Below, piece by piece: positions 28,927-38,700 of a stretch of 64,000 nucleotides of DNA. The translations under genes were made by a program, and so were the position numbers. The notes below the pieces were generated by a model that worked only from the letters and a program-made list of their open reading frames with translations, did not search any database and was not told the DNA's origin. The stretch is from an uncultured delta proteobacterium (lineage in GTDB: Bacteria > Desulfobacterota > Binatia > UBA9968). The stretch's first letter is position 1. Each line of letters opens with the position of its first letter. The stretch is from positions 416,001 to 480,000 of the forward strand of contig CAWFJP010000014.1 of NCBI GenBank assembly GCA_963816145.1, written 5' to 3'.

Positions 28927-29469
28927 ATGGCAAAAAGGCGGAAGGCGCGGTTTAGCGTAAGGCCCCGCGATAAGAACGTCTGGGCCAACTCAACGTGGCG
29001 AATATGGCGCGGTGAACTCCGCAGGCGTCCTGGCCCACCCGGCCAGAGCCTATTCAAGGTCGTCGCCGAGAAACTGCCTTACGAATCGATCCGGACGGTT
29101 GAGAAAGTCATGAAGGAGCGTCGCCTCAGCCGAACTGGTGTGTACGTGGCCCACGACTCCATGGGTACCGCACGCTATATAGGCAGAGGGAGAATCTTCA
29201 GTCGGCTAAAGGCACACCATCGGAGGTATCCGCTTGTTTTTCTCTACTATTCGTTCTACGTCGTTCCCAACAAGAGCCATGAACGTGAGGTTGAGACCCT
29301 CCTTATTCGAGCGGCGGGTTCGCTCCTAGAATTTAACCAAAAGAAAAAGCGCGTCACCATATCCGCGGGAAGTATCCGCGACTACGAAGCAGGGACCGTC
29401 TATTTTCAGAGGCACCGTCGTCGTGAGTCGTCGAAAAGAAAGAAAATTTGTGAGAACAGCGCCTCCTAA
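28927..29469 (+). CDS. Cassette 4: GIY-YIG-like nuclease
   Basis: GVY-x9-YIG, RL..H, E.LLI, terminal N. Confidence 0.75.
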   Translation: MAKRRKARFSVRPRDKNVWANSTWRIWRGELRRRPGPPGQSLFKVVAEKLPYESIRTVEKVMKERRLSRTGVYVAHDSMGTARYIGRGRIFSRLKAHHRRYPLVFLYYSFYVVPNKSHEREVETLLIRAAGSLLEFNQKKKRVTISAGSIRDYEAGTVYFQRHRRRESSKRKKICENSAS

Positions 29470-29515
29470 TGCAGACAGGGAAGAAAAGGGGATAAGTCCG
29501 ATTATTGACAGTGGT

Positions 29516-29575
29516 GCCTAACCATTGGGTTGAGAAGGCCGCGGCGGACCGCGCCTCGCACCCTAAACGTAAGGC
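29516..29575 (+). other. attC site 4 (60 bp), degenerate R' box
   Basis: GCCTAAC; GGGTTGAG / CGCACCC; GTAAGGC in place of GTTAGGC. Confidence 0.7.
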
Positions 29576-29810
29576 GTTTACTAGCCCACCCTAAAATGGG
29601 TCAGCCGATCGGGCCAGGTCTAGAATTTGAGCACGAGTGACTTGGATGGTGACTTACAGCTCTACGAAAATTCCTGCGCCAATGACAGCGCATGAATCCC
29701 ATTTGAATATCTCTGCGACGTGGCTGTAAGACCAGTTCATGCGATCGCGTTTATTAAAGCGCGACCGCATGCTCTGGCTTCACACTCGATCTCACGCGTG
29801 ACGTCGAATG

Positions 29811-30101
29811 CTACTTCACTTCGTAACGCTTGACGGTGGCGCGTCCGCCTTGCAAACCGCGTGAATGTTTCTGAATCTCGGTGTGGGCTTCGCCTTTTCG
29901 GTATTTGTCGATGCTCGCCTGACTGTCCCACTCAGAATAGGAGATGAACTCGCCGGGCGCATCGGCGCATTCCAATAGCTTTTCGGACAGACATCCCGGT
30001 TGCTTGATCATGAGAGGGGCGCAGTGGTTTTTCCACAGACTGATCGCTTGGGAAACCTGATCTGGCTTTACGGTAACGAAAATCATTCTGACAAGTGACA
30101 T
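29811..30101 (-). CDS. Antibiotic biosynthesis monooxygenase (ABM) family protein
   Basis: KQPGCLS, SYSEWDS...Y....H; GAGGAGG RBS. Confidence 0.85.
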   Translation of the reverse strand: MSLVRMIFVTVKPDQVSQAISLWKNHCAPLMIKQPGCLSEKLLECADAPGEFISYSEWDSQASIDKYRKGEAHTEIQKHSRGLQGGRATVKRYEVK

Positions 30102-30442
30102 AACGACCTCCTCGTTAATGAATCAAAGCCAAGAACTTTAACTTTAGAAGATTGTGCCGCGAACCGCTTGGCCAGTTTCTGACTGAGCACAACCCTCGTT
30201 TACCCCTCCTTTCGAAGCTAGACGTTGATTTACCGTCTATCACAAGAATGGGGAAAAACACATTCATTTCAACTGCAACTTGACCGGGCGAATCACGCGT
30301 CATTATCCTGCTGGACTCGACTCCTCGGAGGCGGCCCGCGGCGGAATCCGGCCTTGAAGCGACTGGCTTTTCGCCGGAGCGAGTGACCTAGCAGACAATG
30401 ATCCGCAACCGTGGTAAATCGATCCGAGGAGGAACACAGGAG

Positions 30443-31450
30443 ATGAAGAAATCGCAGTTGCCGGTGTGGATATTTTTAATCGGGTGGGTATGCTCTTCCC
30501 CCTCGGTCTCAATGGCCGCGGAGTGGAAGGACAAAGCCGAGGCGGAAGGGAAATTGGTTTTCTACACCACCGCCAACACGGCGGACACCAAAGCGCTTAC
30601 CGATAGTTTCAAGAAGATTTATCCCAAGATCGAGGTGCAGTTTGAGCGCACCACCGATTCCCAGATGATGGAGAAAATCCTTATCGAGTCTCGGGCGGGA
30701 AAGCCGCTTTGGGACGTGGTGTCGACGACAGGATTTTACGGTTATTTGCTCAAGAAACGCGGGCTTTTGGCCGCCTACGATTCACCGGAACGGAAATTTT
30801 TCCGCGAGGGTTTCAAAGATCCCCAGGGATTTTGGACTTCCAACTATACAACCTACGGCATTTTTGGTTTCAACACTAAACTGGTCTCGAAGGCGAACAT
30901 TCCGCGCTCCCATGATGATCTGCTCAAGCCGGTATGGAAAGGACAAGTCGGCATCGAAAGCCGAGCCTATGAATGGTTCACCGCGACGATCAGCGGCATG
31001 GGAAAAGAAAAAGGGCTGACCTTCATGCGCGCGCTGGCGGCGCAGCAGCCCAACCTGCGCGGCGGTCGAACGCTATTGGCTCAACTGGTTGCCGCCGGGG
31101 AGTTCAACGGCACGCTGACTTCCTACATGCACAACTTCGACTCACTCAAGGCGGGCGGTGCGCCGGTCGATTGGCTGCCGCTGGCGCCGTCGTTCGCCAA
31201 CCTCCATCCCGTGGGACTATCCGCAAAGTCGCCCCACCCCAATGCCGGCAAGCTGTTTATCGATTTCATGCTATCGCGGCGCGGTCAGGAGGTGGTGCGC
31301 GCGCTCAAGCGCATTCCCGATCGCATCGATACTCCGCCCGACCCGCCGACGCTGTTGCAGGGAGTAACGCCGGCCTTTACGGCTCCCGAGGTCTATGACG
31401 ACTTCGATCGCTACATTAAGCTCTATCAGGAAATCTTCGGCGTCAAGTAA
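30443..31450 (+). CDS. Extracellular solute-binding protein (Fe3+/thiamine-type)
   Basis: AEAEGKLVFYT, FKKIYPKI, SPHPNAGKLFIDFMLS. Confidence 0.88.
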   Translation: MKKSQLPVWIFLIGWVCSSPSVSMAAEWKDKAEAEGKLVFYTTANTADTKALTDSFKKIYPKIEVQFERTTDSQMMEKILIESRAGKPLWDVVSTTGFYGYLLKKRGLLAAYDSPERKFFREGFKDPQGFWTSNYTTYGIFGFNTKLVSKANIPRSHDDLLKPVWKGQVGIESRAYEWFTATISGMGKEKGLTFMRALAAQQPNLRGGRTLLAQLVAAGEFNGTLTSYMHNFDSLKAGGAPVDWLPLAPSFANLHPVGLSAKSPHPNAGKLFIDFMLSRRGQEVVRALKRIPDRIDTPPDPPTLLQGVTPAFTAPEVYDDFDRYIKLYQEIFGVK

Positions 31451-31562
31451 ATGCTGGCGACGGCCGGACAACCGGCTTCACACGGTAAAATGTAAGCGCT
31501 AAGATTTCTACGAGAGCGATTATCGGTGTTCCGCAAGAGTCGTAGCGATCAAAGGAGGGGTT

Positions 31563-31928
31563 ATGTCGATCAAGCTGAATCACACGATTGTGCCGGCAAA
31601 GGATAAAGAGGCCGCGGCCAAACTGTTCGCGCAGATTTTTGGCCTCAACTACGATGGGCCGATGGGCCATTTTGCCCCGGTGCGGGTGAACGACGAGCTG
31701 ACGATGGACTTCGATAACGCCGACTCCTTCGAGCCGCATCATTATGCTTTCCACGTCAGCGACAATGAATTCGATGCGATCTTTCAGCGCATCCAGGAGG
31801 CCGGCATTGACTGGGGCAGCGGGCCTCGAAGTTCGCGGGACCGGCAACTGAATTCCCGAAAGGACGGGCGCGGCGTTTACTTTCACGTTCTCGACGGTCA
31901 CCTGCTGGAATTGCTGACGCGCCCGTGA
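31563..31928 (+). CDS. VOC/bleomycin-resistance family protein
   Basis: LNHTIV, HYAFHV, GRGVYF...DGHLLEL. Confidence 0.88.
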   Translation: MSIKLNHTIVPAKDKEAAAKLFAQIFGLNYDGPMGHFAPVRVNDELTMDFDNADSFEPHHYAFHVSDNEFDAIFQRIQEAGIDWGSGPRSSRDRQLNSRKDGRGVYFHVLDGHLLELLTRP

Positions 31929-32149
31929 ACTCGCGTTTCCTGGCGAAGCCTTGCGCCGACGTAATCGTCCGATTTGGGTCCATCGCTCGATTACGTCTTA
32001 GCGGTTGGAGCACGAGCAGCGCTGCCAAGGCATAGGTTGTGATTGCGATTGTGACCCTGGGCCATTCAAGCCGAGGCGATAATAATCAACGTTCTGGTTA
32101 CATTCATGTGCGTTTCGCAGCCTGGCTTTTGCTGCTGGAGGAGAATGCA

Positions 32150-33013
32150 ATGGCGCTAGCCAAAGTAGCAGGGAGTTTGTTAGTGGCGATGTCGGTCTTG
32201 GGCTGCTCGACTGCAGGGCTGAGGGTTGACGGGACGCTTGAAAAGATCAAATCGTCGAACACTTTTAACGTTGGCTACATCGCCTCGGTGCCGCCGTTTT
32301 CATTCCCGGGGCCGGACCGGCAGCCTGTGGGCTATTCCATTGATTTGTGTAAGCACGTGGCGAACAGTATTCAGCGCCAGCTTGGGATCAAGCTCAAGCT
32401 CAACTGGGTGCCAGTGACGGCGATAAACCGCATTGACCAGGTTGTTCAAGGCAATGTGGATCTGGAATGCAGTTCGACCACAGCCAGCCTGTCGCGCCAG
32501 GAGAGAGTAGACTTCAGCCTGATGACATTTGTCGACGGCGGCGGCTTGCTGACAAAATCGGACAGACCGCTGCGCGCGCTATCGGATCTGGCGGACAAGC
32601 GCATCGCGATCATTCCCGGGACGACCACCGAGACGGCGCTAACTCAGTTTCTCAAGGAGGAGTTCGTGCCGATTCAACTGCTTCACGTCAAGGACCATGT
32701 GGAGGGTCGCGCTGCGGTTGAGCAAGGATTAGTCGAAGCTTTCGCGTCGGACCGGGGAATCTTGCTTGGGCTGATCGTGACCTCTGCCGAACCGTCGCGT
32801 TTGGCCATTCCGAATTTCCAATTCTCTTATGAACCGTACGGATTCATGTTACGGCGCAACGACGCTGACTTCCGACTCGCGGTCAACCGGTCGCTGGCCG
32901 AGCTTTATCGAACCGGCGGGGTAGGACAGGTTTACGAACGGTGGTTCGGGGCGCTCGGCAAGCCGAGCGCCGAACTCAAGGCGATGTATCTTCTTAACGG
33001 GCTACCTGAATAG
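32150..33013 (+). CDS. Amino acid ABC substrate-binding lipoprotein (GltI-like)
   Basis: VLGC lipobox, GYSIDLC, VDLECSSTT, EPYGFMLRRND. Confidence 0.88.
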   Translation: MALAKVAGSLLVAMSVLGCSTAGLRVDGTLEKIKSSNTFNVGYIASVPPFSFPGPDRQPVGYSIDLCKHVANSIQRQLGIKLKLNWVPVTAINRIDQVVQGNVDLECSSTTASLSRQERVDFSLMTFVDGGGLLTKSDRPLRALSDLADKRIAIIPGTTTETALTQFLKEEFVPIQLLHVKDHVEGRAAVEQGLVEAFASDRGILLGLIVTSAEPSRLAIPNFQFSYEPYGFMLRRNDADFRLAVNRSLAELYRTGGVGQVYERWFGALGKPSAELKAMYLLNGLPE

Positions 33014-33467
33014 ATTGGCAAACTATGAGTCGGCAGTCTGACGAAGAACCCGAAACAAATTTGACTTCAGCATGCCTTGCGCTAGAGAACGCCATTCTTC
33101 GGCCAAAACCGAATCGACGTTTGATATCATAGCGATGAAGAAACGGCCAGATGTGAATTCGGTTCGTGTGAATTCGGTTCGTTTTGATGTTGCAAAGAGT
33201 GTCGCGCGAAAACAATCGTCAAAAGCGTTTTCGCGAGAGGCGACGACGGTTGAAGGCAGTTAACAAGATTGTCCAGCGGAGCAGTTAGACTTGACCACGA
33301 AACGAGAACCGGACGATATGCCCGGCAATGATTTTTAATTGGGTCGTTGCAGCGATCGCAGTTTTGACGGCAGAGCGTCCGCCTGCTCAAGAAAAGAAGG
33401 CTTGTCGCCTGCGGTTTGGCGAAAGTTCGGAGTCGGCAGGGCAGATGTCGTCCTGGTTCACCACCGA

Positions 33468-35129
33468 TTATTTTAACAACTCACGCACCAACGGCGCCAT
33501 GGAGAGCTGGTTCGGAACTGCGCCGGCGAATTTACCCATGACCGCGCGCATGCGTTCGCCGTTGCCGCCGGCCTGGGCAAGGATAAACGGGATGCGGCCA
33601 TCTTGTTCGCACGCGCTGCCGTGCCAGGTGTAGTGCGAAATCGCTGCGAAGTAATAACGTTGCTCGATGGGCAATTGAGTGCAAGCCTTCGCGAGCAGCA
33701 GAATATCGCCGGCGCGGTGGCCGTAGGGGCCGGCGGCGAGCCATTGCATGCGTCTTTCCAGATCGATCAGATCGGGGCGCGGGTTGCGCCTTAAGTACTC
33801 CCCAATCGGCACCAGCCGCTGTCCGTCGAACACTTGGAAGGGTCTGGCGTTTTGAGTCGTCGGCGCCGGTTCGCGGCTAAAGATCAAGTCGATGGTGCCT
33901 TTTAACTCCGGAACCAGCTCGCCGTTGCGATTGGCTTGGTAAAACGCGTTGAGCGCTGGCAAGACATCTTCCATGAAACGCGGGGGGCGCGGCCAGTCGC
34001 AAGGTTCATGCTCTTTCTCGCAGGTGGAACGGTCGGCCAAGTACACGTAGGCCATGAAACCTTGGTACGCGAAGACGGCTTGATAATCGGCGTCGAGGTT
34101 GGCCAGGCTGAGCAAAGGCTTGCGTACCCGGAAGCCGCTTTTTTTGAGCACGGCAAAGGGCGATTTCTCATCGTCGGTGTTGAGCTCATAGTGGTCATCA
34201 TTCAGCGTTGGAATTTGACCATGGTCGGCAACGACAATCACATAAGTGCCGTTCAAGGCATTTTTCTTTTCGTATGCGTCCAGCACTTCGCCGACGCGCT
34301 TGTCGGTGACGAACTGAAGATAGCGAACCTGGCGAGCCAGCGGGTCCTCCGAGACATGGGTGAAGATGTCCACGCCGGGATAATAGACAACCTGGAGGTC
34401 GGGCACGCCGTGGGTGTCGATCGCTTCGATGAGCTTTTGCGTAGCGCTCAAATCGAGCGCGGCGGCGATAGATTTCTCGGCGTCGATCCCTTTGAGGGTT
34501 CCCTTGATCAGATAGGAAAGGAAATCGGTAAGCGAAGCCGGCGCTACAGTTGTGTAAAGCGTCGCGCCGCGGTGCACCGAAAGAAGTGAAACATGCGTTT
34601 TCTTCTTGATCATCTCGTATAGTGTCGGAGTCTTGAGCGCTTTGCCGATGAGATCGTCGCTGACGACTTTGCTCACGTCCGCTGTATCGAGAACCGAGAT
34701 TGGAACTGGCGCGCGGAAGGTTGCGGTTTCGCGCTCAAACCATTCGTCTCCGGGGACACCGTTGGCGGCCGGAGGCGTTCCAGTGAAGAGGGCGGACCAA
34801 GCCGCGATGGTGCTCGATGGCAATATGCTCCACGCCCGGGACGCGGCATAGGCGTGGTCGAAGAGTCCTTGGCGTTTTTCTTTGCCGAGCAGACCGGCCA
34901 AGTTGGGCGCGTTGCCGGAACGAATCGCTTGCATCAATTGATCGGGAGTCGTGCCGTCGAGAGCGAAGATGATCAGACGTCGTCCAGAACTCGACGACTC
35001 CGGGTGGGCGGATTCGAGTTTTTTTTCACCCCCGGTCCAGATGGTGTCCCAGACCAGTGTGCATGACCATTGGAGCAAAATCAGGAATAACAGAAATCCG
35101 CTGGAGTGACGAAGAGGCTGCCGTTTCAT
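33468..35129 (-). CDS. Alkaline phosphatase superfamily (nucleotide pyrophosphatase/phosphodiesterase-like)
   Basis: ALDG, PSST..W..LFTG..P..NG, DIFTH, VADHG, WHGS. Confidence 0.85.
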   Translation of the reverse strand: MKRQPLRHSSGFLLFLILLQWSCTLVWDTIWTGGEKKLESAHPESSSSGRRLIIFALDGTTPDQLMQAIRSGNAPNLAGLLGKEKRQGLFDHAYAASRAWSILPSSTIAAWSALFTGTPPAANGVPGDEWFERETATFRAPVPISVLDTADVSKVVSDDLIGKALKTPTLYEMIKKKTHVSLLSVHRGATLYTTVAPASLTDFLSYLIKGTLKGIDAEKSIAAALDLSATQKLIEAIDTHGVPDLQVVYYPGVDIFTHVSEDPLARQVRYLQFVTDKRVGEVLDAYEKKNALNGTYVIVVADHGQIPTLNDDHYELNTDDEKSPFAVLKKSGFRVRKPLLSLANLDADYQAVFAYQGFMAYVYLADRSTCEKEHEPCDWPRPPRFMEDVLPALNAFYQANRNGELVPELKGTIDLIFSREPAPTTQNARPFQVFDGQRLVPIGEYLRRNPRPDLIDLERRMQWLAAGPYGHRAGDILLLAKACTQLPIEQRYYFAAISHYTWHGSACEQDGRIPFILAQAGGNGERMRAVMGKFAGAVPNQLSMAPLVRELLK

Positions 35130-35372
35130 GGCGGTCGTTGGTGATGCGGCGCGAACCGCCGATGAGAAAAACTCGCAGACTTGCGGATCACTTGCAAGGG
35201 GAAGCTAGCTGAACGTTACGTGATGGGATTTCCCGGAGTTTTTTTGGAAATTAGCCTCGATGCATCGATCAATGTCAATCACTTGTGCTATATCAGAACC
35301 GCGCCGAGCTCTTTGTTGATGATCGCCAGGGCTTGGCGACGTGCCATTTATTCAGAAGAAAGGAAGACTAAT

Positions 35373-36371
35373 ATGAATGGTAGGATATTACTTTGTGTCT
35401 CTTTGCTTGCAGCTATTTGTTGGCCCTCGGCCCTGATTGCCCAGGAAAAAAAACTGGAGCGGCTCCGCGTCGGCGGCGGATCGGCGTCGGCGGCGCAAAT
35501 GTCGATCTGGTTCGCCAAGGAAGGCGGCTATTACGAAAAGAACGGGCTCAACGTCGAAGTGATCAGTATTCCGGGCAGTTCGTTGGCGATTCAAGCGATG
35601 CTGTCGGGGGAATTGCCGATTATTCAAGCCGGCGGCGCGGGGCCGATTCAAGCCGCTTTGTCCGGGACCGATACCGTGATCCTGGCGACCATCGTGAAAA
35701 AATTTAACTGGTGGATTTACGGCCAAACGAATATCGCGCGTATGGAAGACTTGAAAGGAAAAGTCTTCGGCGTGACGCGCTTCGGCACCCAATCGGATCT
35801 CGCCTCGCGCATCGCTCTGCGCAAGGCGGGGCTTGAACCAGACCGCGATGTCACCATCGTGCAGACCGGCGGGCCGTCGGAAACCGTCACTGCCATGGCC
35901 GCCGGCCGGGTCAACGCGGCGGCGATCAGTCCACCGGCGACCCTGCAAGCCAAGCGATTGAAGCTCAGAGATCTCATGGATCTGACCGGCCTCGACGTCG
36001 AGTATCATGTCAACGGCGTGGTGACGACGCGGCGCTATTTAAAGGCCAATGAAGACATTGCGCGGCGCTTTTTGCGCGCTTATATCGAAGGCGCCGTGCG
36101 CGGTATGAAAGACAAAGCCTTCGCGATCAAAACCATGGGGAAATATTTTCGCACCGACGACAAGGAGGTGCTCGACGAAACCTACGAGCTCAGCATCAAG
36201 AATGGATTCGCCGTGCCGCCGTACCCGGCGGGCATTCCCGGTCTGTTGCAGGATTTGGAAAGAACGATGCCTAAAGCCAAAACCGCCAAGCCCGAAGAGT
36301 TCATCGATAACCGCTTGGTGCGCGAGCTGGATCAGAGCGGTTTTGTGAAGTCGGTCTTGGCCGGTAAGTGA
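35373..36371 (+). CDS. ABC transporter substrate-binding protein, NMT1/THI5-like
   Basis: Signal peptide, GYYEKNGLNV, DLKGKVFGVTRFGT. Confidence 0.88.
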   Translation: MNGRILLCVSLLAAICWPSALIAQEKKLERLRVGGGSASAAQMSIWFAKEGGYYEKNGLNVEVISIPGSSLAIQAMLSGELPIIQAGGAGPIQAALSGTDTVILATIVKKFNWWIYGQTNIARMEDLKGKVFGVTRFGTQSDLASRIALRKAGLEPDRDVTIVQTGGPSETVTAMAAGRVNAAAISPPATLQAKRLKLRDLMDLTGLDVEYHVNGVVTTRRYLKANEDIARRFLRAYIEGAVRGMKDKAFAIKTMGKYFRTDDKEVLDETYELSIKNGFAVPPYPAGIPGLLQDLERTMPKAKTAKPEEFIDNRLVRELDQSGFVKSVLAGK

Positions 36372-36390
36372 GGTGAGGATTGGGGAATCC

Positions 36391-36538
36391 TCCCGCGAAG
36401 GCGCAAAGGCGCTAAGTGACAGGCCGGAGGCCTGTCATCCCGAGCGGAGTCGAGGGATCTTCGGATAGATTTCTCCCTTCGGTCGAAATGACATTCCCCC
36501 TCTTTTCCTTTGCGCCCTTTGCGTGCTTGGCGCGAGAT
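36391..36538. repeat. CGCAAAG-type 9-bp-periodic inverted element enclosing a REP-like palindrome
   Basis: TCCCGCGAAGGCGCAAAGGCGCTAAG...CTTTGCGCCCTTTGCGTGCTTGGCGCGAGA around TGTCATCCCGAGCGGAGTCGAGGGATCT...AGATTTCTCCCTTCGGTCGAAATGACA. Confidence 0.82.
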
Positions 36539-36612
36539 ATTCCGAATTCCGCTTGCGGTTGCGATAAATTATATCCCTCGTGACGAGATCGAAATTTCTT
36601 TAGGAGCTGCCA

Positions 36613-37506
36613 ATGGCGCAAACAAGTGAAGATACCTTTCGTGTGACGCTGCTCGGCACCGGAGCGCCGCCGCCGCGTTTGGATCGATTCGGGCCGAGTA
36701 CATTGGTTGAAGTCGGCAAGCAAAAATTTATTTTCGATGCCGGCCGCGGCGCGATGCAGCGGTTGCATCAGTTGGCCATTCCGTTCAGCGCCATCAGCGC
36801 GATGTTTTTGACCCATCATCACTCGGATCATGTGGTTGGTTTTCCCGATCTCTGGCTCACCGGTTGGATCGGCCGTCCCTGGGGACAGCGAGCCCAGCCG
36901 TTGCCGGTTTATGGGCCGGCAGGGACGCGGCAGATGATGGAGCACCTGCCGCTGGCGTTCCATGTCGATATCCGCGTGCGCAGCCGCAGCTATCCGCCGG
37001 ACGGCGTCAAGTTGGACGCGCACGAGATTTGTCAAAGCGCGGTGTTCGATCACGACGGTATTAAGATCAGCGCGTTCGAGGTCGATCATGGCGGCGAGGA
37101 GTTGCCCGCCTATGGGTACCGGATCGATTACCAAGGGCGCTCGGCCGTGTTGTCGGGCGACACGACGTTCAACGAGAATCTTATTCAGCATTCTCAGGGC
37201 GCGGACCTGCTCGTACACGAGGTGACCGCGCTCGCCGGTGGTGCGGCGGAAGATCCAAAACAGTTAAAAAGAATCAGCGCCAACCACACGACGCCGGAGC
37301 AGGCCGGTGAAGTGTTTGCGCGCGTGCGGCCGAAGCTGGCGGTCTACAATCATCTCTTGCTGTTCGGCAGCGCAACGCCGGAAGATTTGTTGCCGGCAAC
37401 GCGCAAAAAGTATGACGGGCCGTTGGCCGTTGGCGAGGATCTCATGCAGATCGACATCGGCAGGGAGATTCTCAGCAGACCGTTCCGGCCCAAGATTACT
37501 TACTGA
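36613..37506 (+). CDS. MBL-fold metallohydrolase (RNase Z/AtsA-like)
   Basis: LLGTG, DAG, THHHSDH, SGDT, HE, HTT, NH. Confidence 0.9.
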   Translation: MAQTSEDTFRVTLLGTGAPPPRLDRFGPSTLVEVGKQKFIFDAGRGAMQRLHQLAIPFSAISAMFLTHHHSDHVVGFPDLWLTGWIGRPWGQRAQPLPVYGPAGTRQMMEHLPLAFHVDIRVRSRSYPPDGVKLDAHEICQSAVFDHDGIKISAFEVDHGGEELPAYGYRIDYQGRSAVLSGDTTFNENLIQHSQGADLLVHEVTALAGGAAEDPKQLKRISANHTTPEQAGEVFARVRPKLAVYNHLLLFGSATPEDLLPATRKKYDGPLAVGEDLMQIDIGREILSRPFRPKITY

Positions 37507-37667
37507 GGATGGTTGCGTAGCCGGTTGTCCGGAGCAATGAGTTCGGAAAACCAGAGGCTGGACTACGCCGCATCAAGTGAGCGCCGCAGTGACGTCAAAG
37601 ATCGCCTGCCATCTGTTGACTCGTGGTGACTCCCTGGGATAACCCAATCGGAGGAAATATCGATCCG

Positions 37668-38660
37668 ATGAAAGCAATTGTCGCATGGCTCATTTCATGG
37701 GCCTGGTTTGTACTTGGGCCGATGGCTCTTGCTGCTACGCCCGAGCCGGTCACCATCGGCTACTCGACCTTCTCCGGCGCCTATTTGCCGCTTTGGCTTG
37801 CCGTCGAGGAACGTATAGGCAGAAAGTATGGTCTTGACCTCAAAGCGATCTATGCCGGTAGAATCCGGCCGCAACAGCTCCTGGCGAGCAACGAGGTGCC
37901 GTTCGTCATGGCCACCGGAACGGGGGCCATCACGTCGCATATTCTCGGCGTCAAGGACCAGGCGATTATTTTTGTCTCGATCAACAAGGTCAATTCGGCG
38001 ATCTTCAGTCGACCGGAGATCAAAACCGCCGAGGAACTGCGCGGCAAAACCGTTGCGACCGGCCGCCCCGGGGCGTTCGGCGATACCATGGTTCGGTACG
38101 TATTGCGGGCCAAGCTCGGTCTCGTCCCGGACCGCGATGTCAAGATGCTGCCCATCGGCGAAGCGCAGTTGACGTTCCCGGCGCTGGAGCGCGGCGTCGT
38201 CCAGGCCGCGTCGCTGACGATCCCTTTCACATTGATCGCGAAGAAAATGGGCTATCGAGAGTTGATCGATTACGACAAAGCGGGTGTCGTCTATCCGTAC
38301 AATACCATCACGACGCTGCGACAAACGCTGAACAAATCTCCCGATCTAACCGAGAAGGTGTTGAAGACCATGATCGAGGGAACTTATATCGCCAAGACTG
38401 ACCGGGAAAAAAGTCTTGCGGTCATGAAGAAGTACATGCGAGGAACCAGCGACGAAATCCTGGAAGAGACCTACCAATACGCCAAGAGCGTGACCGAAGA
38501 GAACCCGACTCCGTCGCTGGAAATCACCAAGGCTGCGCTGGAGATTTTGTCCTATGAGTATCCGAAAGCGAAAGACACCGATCCGAACCTGATCATCGAT
38601 GCGTCGATTATGAAACGCATCGAGCAGAGCGGCTTTATTAAAGCGCTGTATAAAAAATGA
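37668..38660 (+). CDS. ABC transporter substrate-binding protein, NMT1/THI5-like (tandem paralog 1)
   Basis: Signal peptide; shares AIYAGRIRPQQLLA and TSHILGVKD with the next gene. Confidence 0.88.
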   Translation: MKAIVAWLISWAWFVLGPMALAATPEPVTIGYSTFSGAYLPLWLAVEERIGRKYGLDLKAIYAGRIRPQQLLASNEVPFVMATGTGAITSHILGVKDQAIIFVSINKVNSAIFSRPEIKTAEELRGKTVATGRPGAFGDTMVRYVLRAKLGLVPDRDVKMLPIGEAQLTFPALERGVVQAASLTIPFTLIAKKMGYRELIDYDKAGVVYPYNTITTLRQTLNKSPDLTEKVLKTMIEGTYIAKTDREKSLAVMKKYMRGTSDEILEETYQYAKSVTEENPTPSLEITKAALEILSYEYPKAKDTDPNLIIDASIMKRIEQSGFIKALYKK

Positions 38661-38700
38661 GGATGGGATCGACGATGGCTGGACCACGGCGAACAAGGCG

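Larger units (their letters stand above)
26578..29575 (+). mobile_element. Integron cassette array without adjacent integrase (CALIN), four cassettes
   Basis: Starts at GTTAGGT; four co-oriented genes of lower GC, each followed by an attC. Confidence 0.88.

Noticed and set aside
29590-29635. GGGCCAGGTCTAGAATT as a RAYT-associated REP end
   Set aside because: A single degenerate copy with no partner arm or transposase in the window.
33152-33181. 15-bp tandem duplication TGTGAATTCGGTTCG x2
   Set aside because: An isolated two-copy repeat, consistent with slippage; no supporting context.
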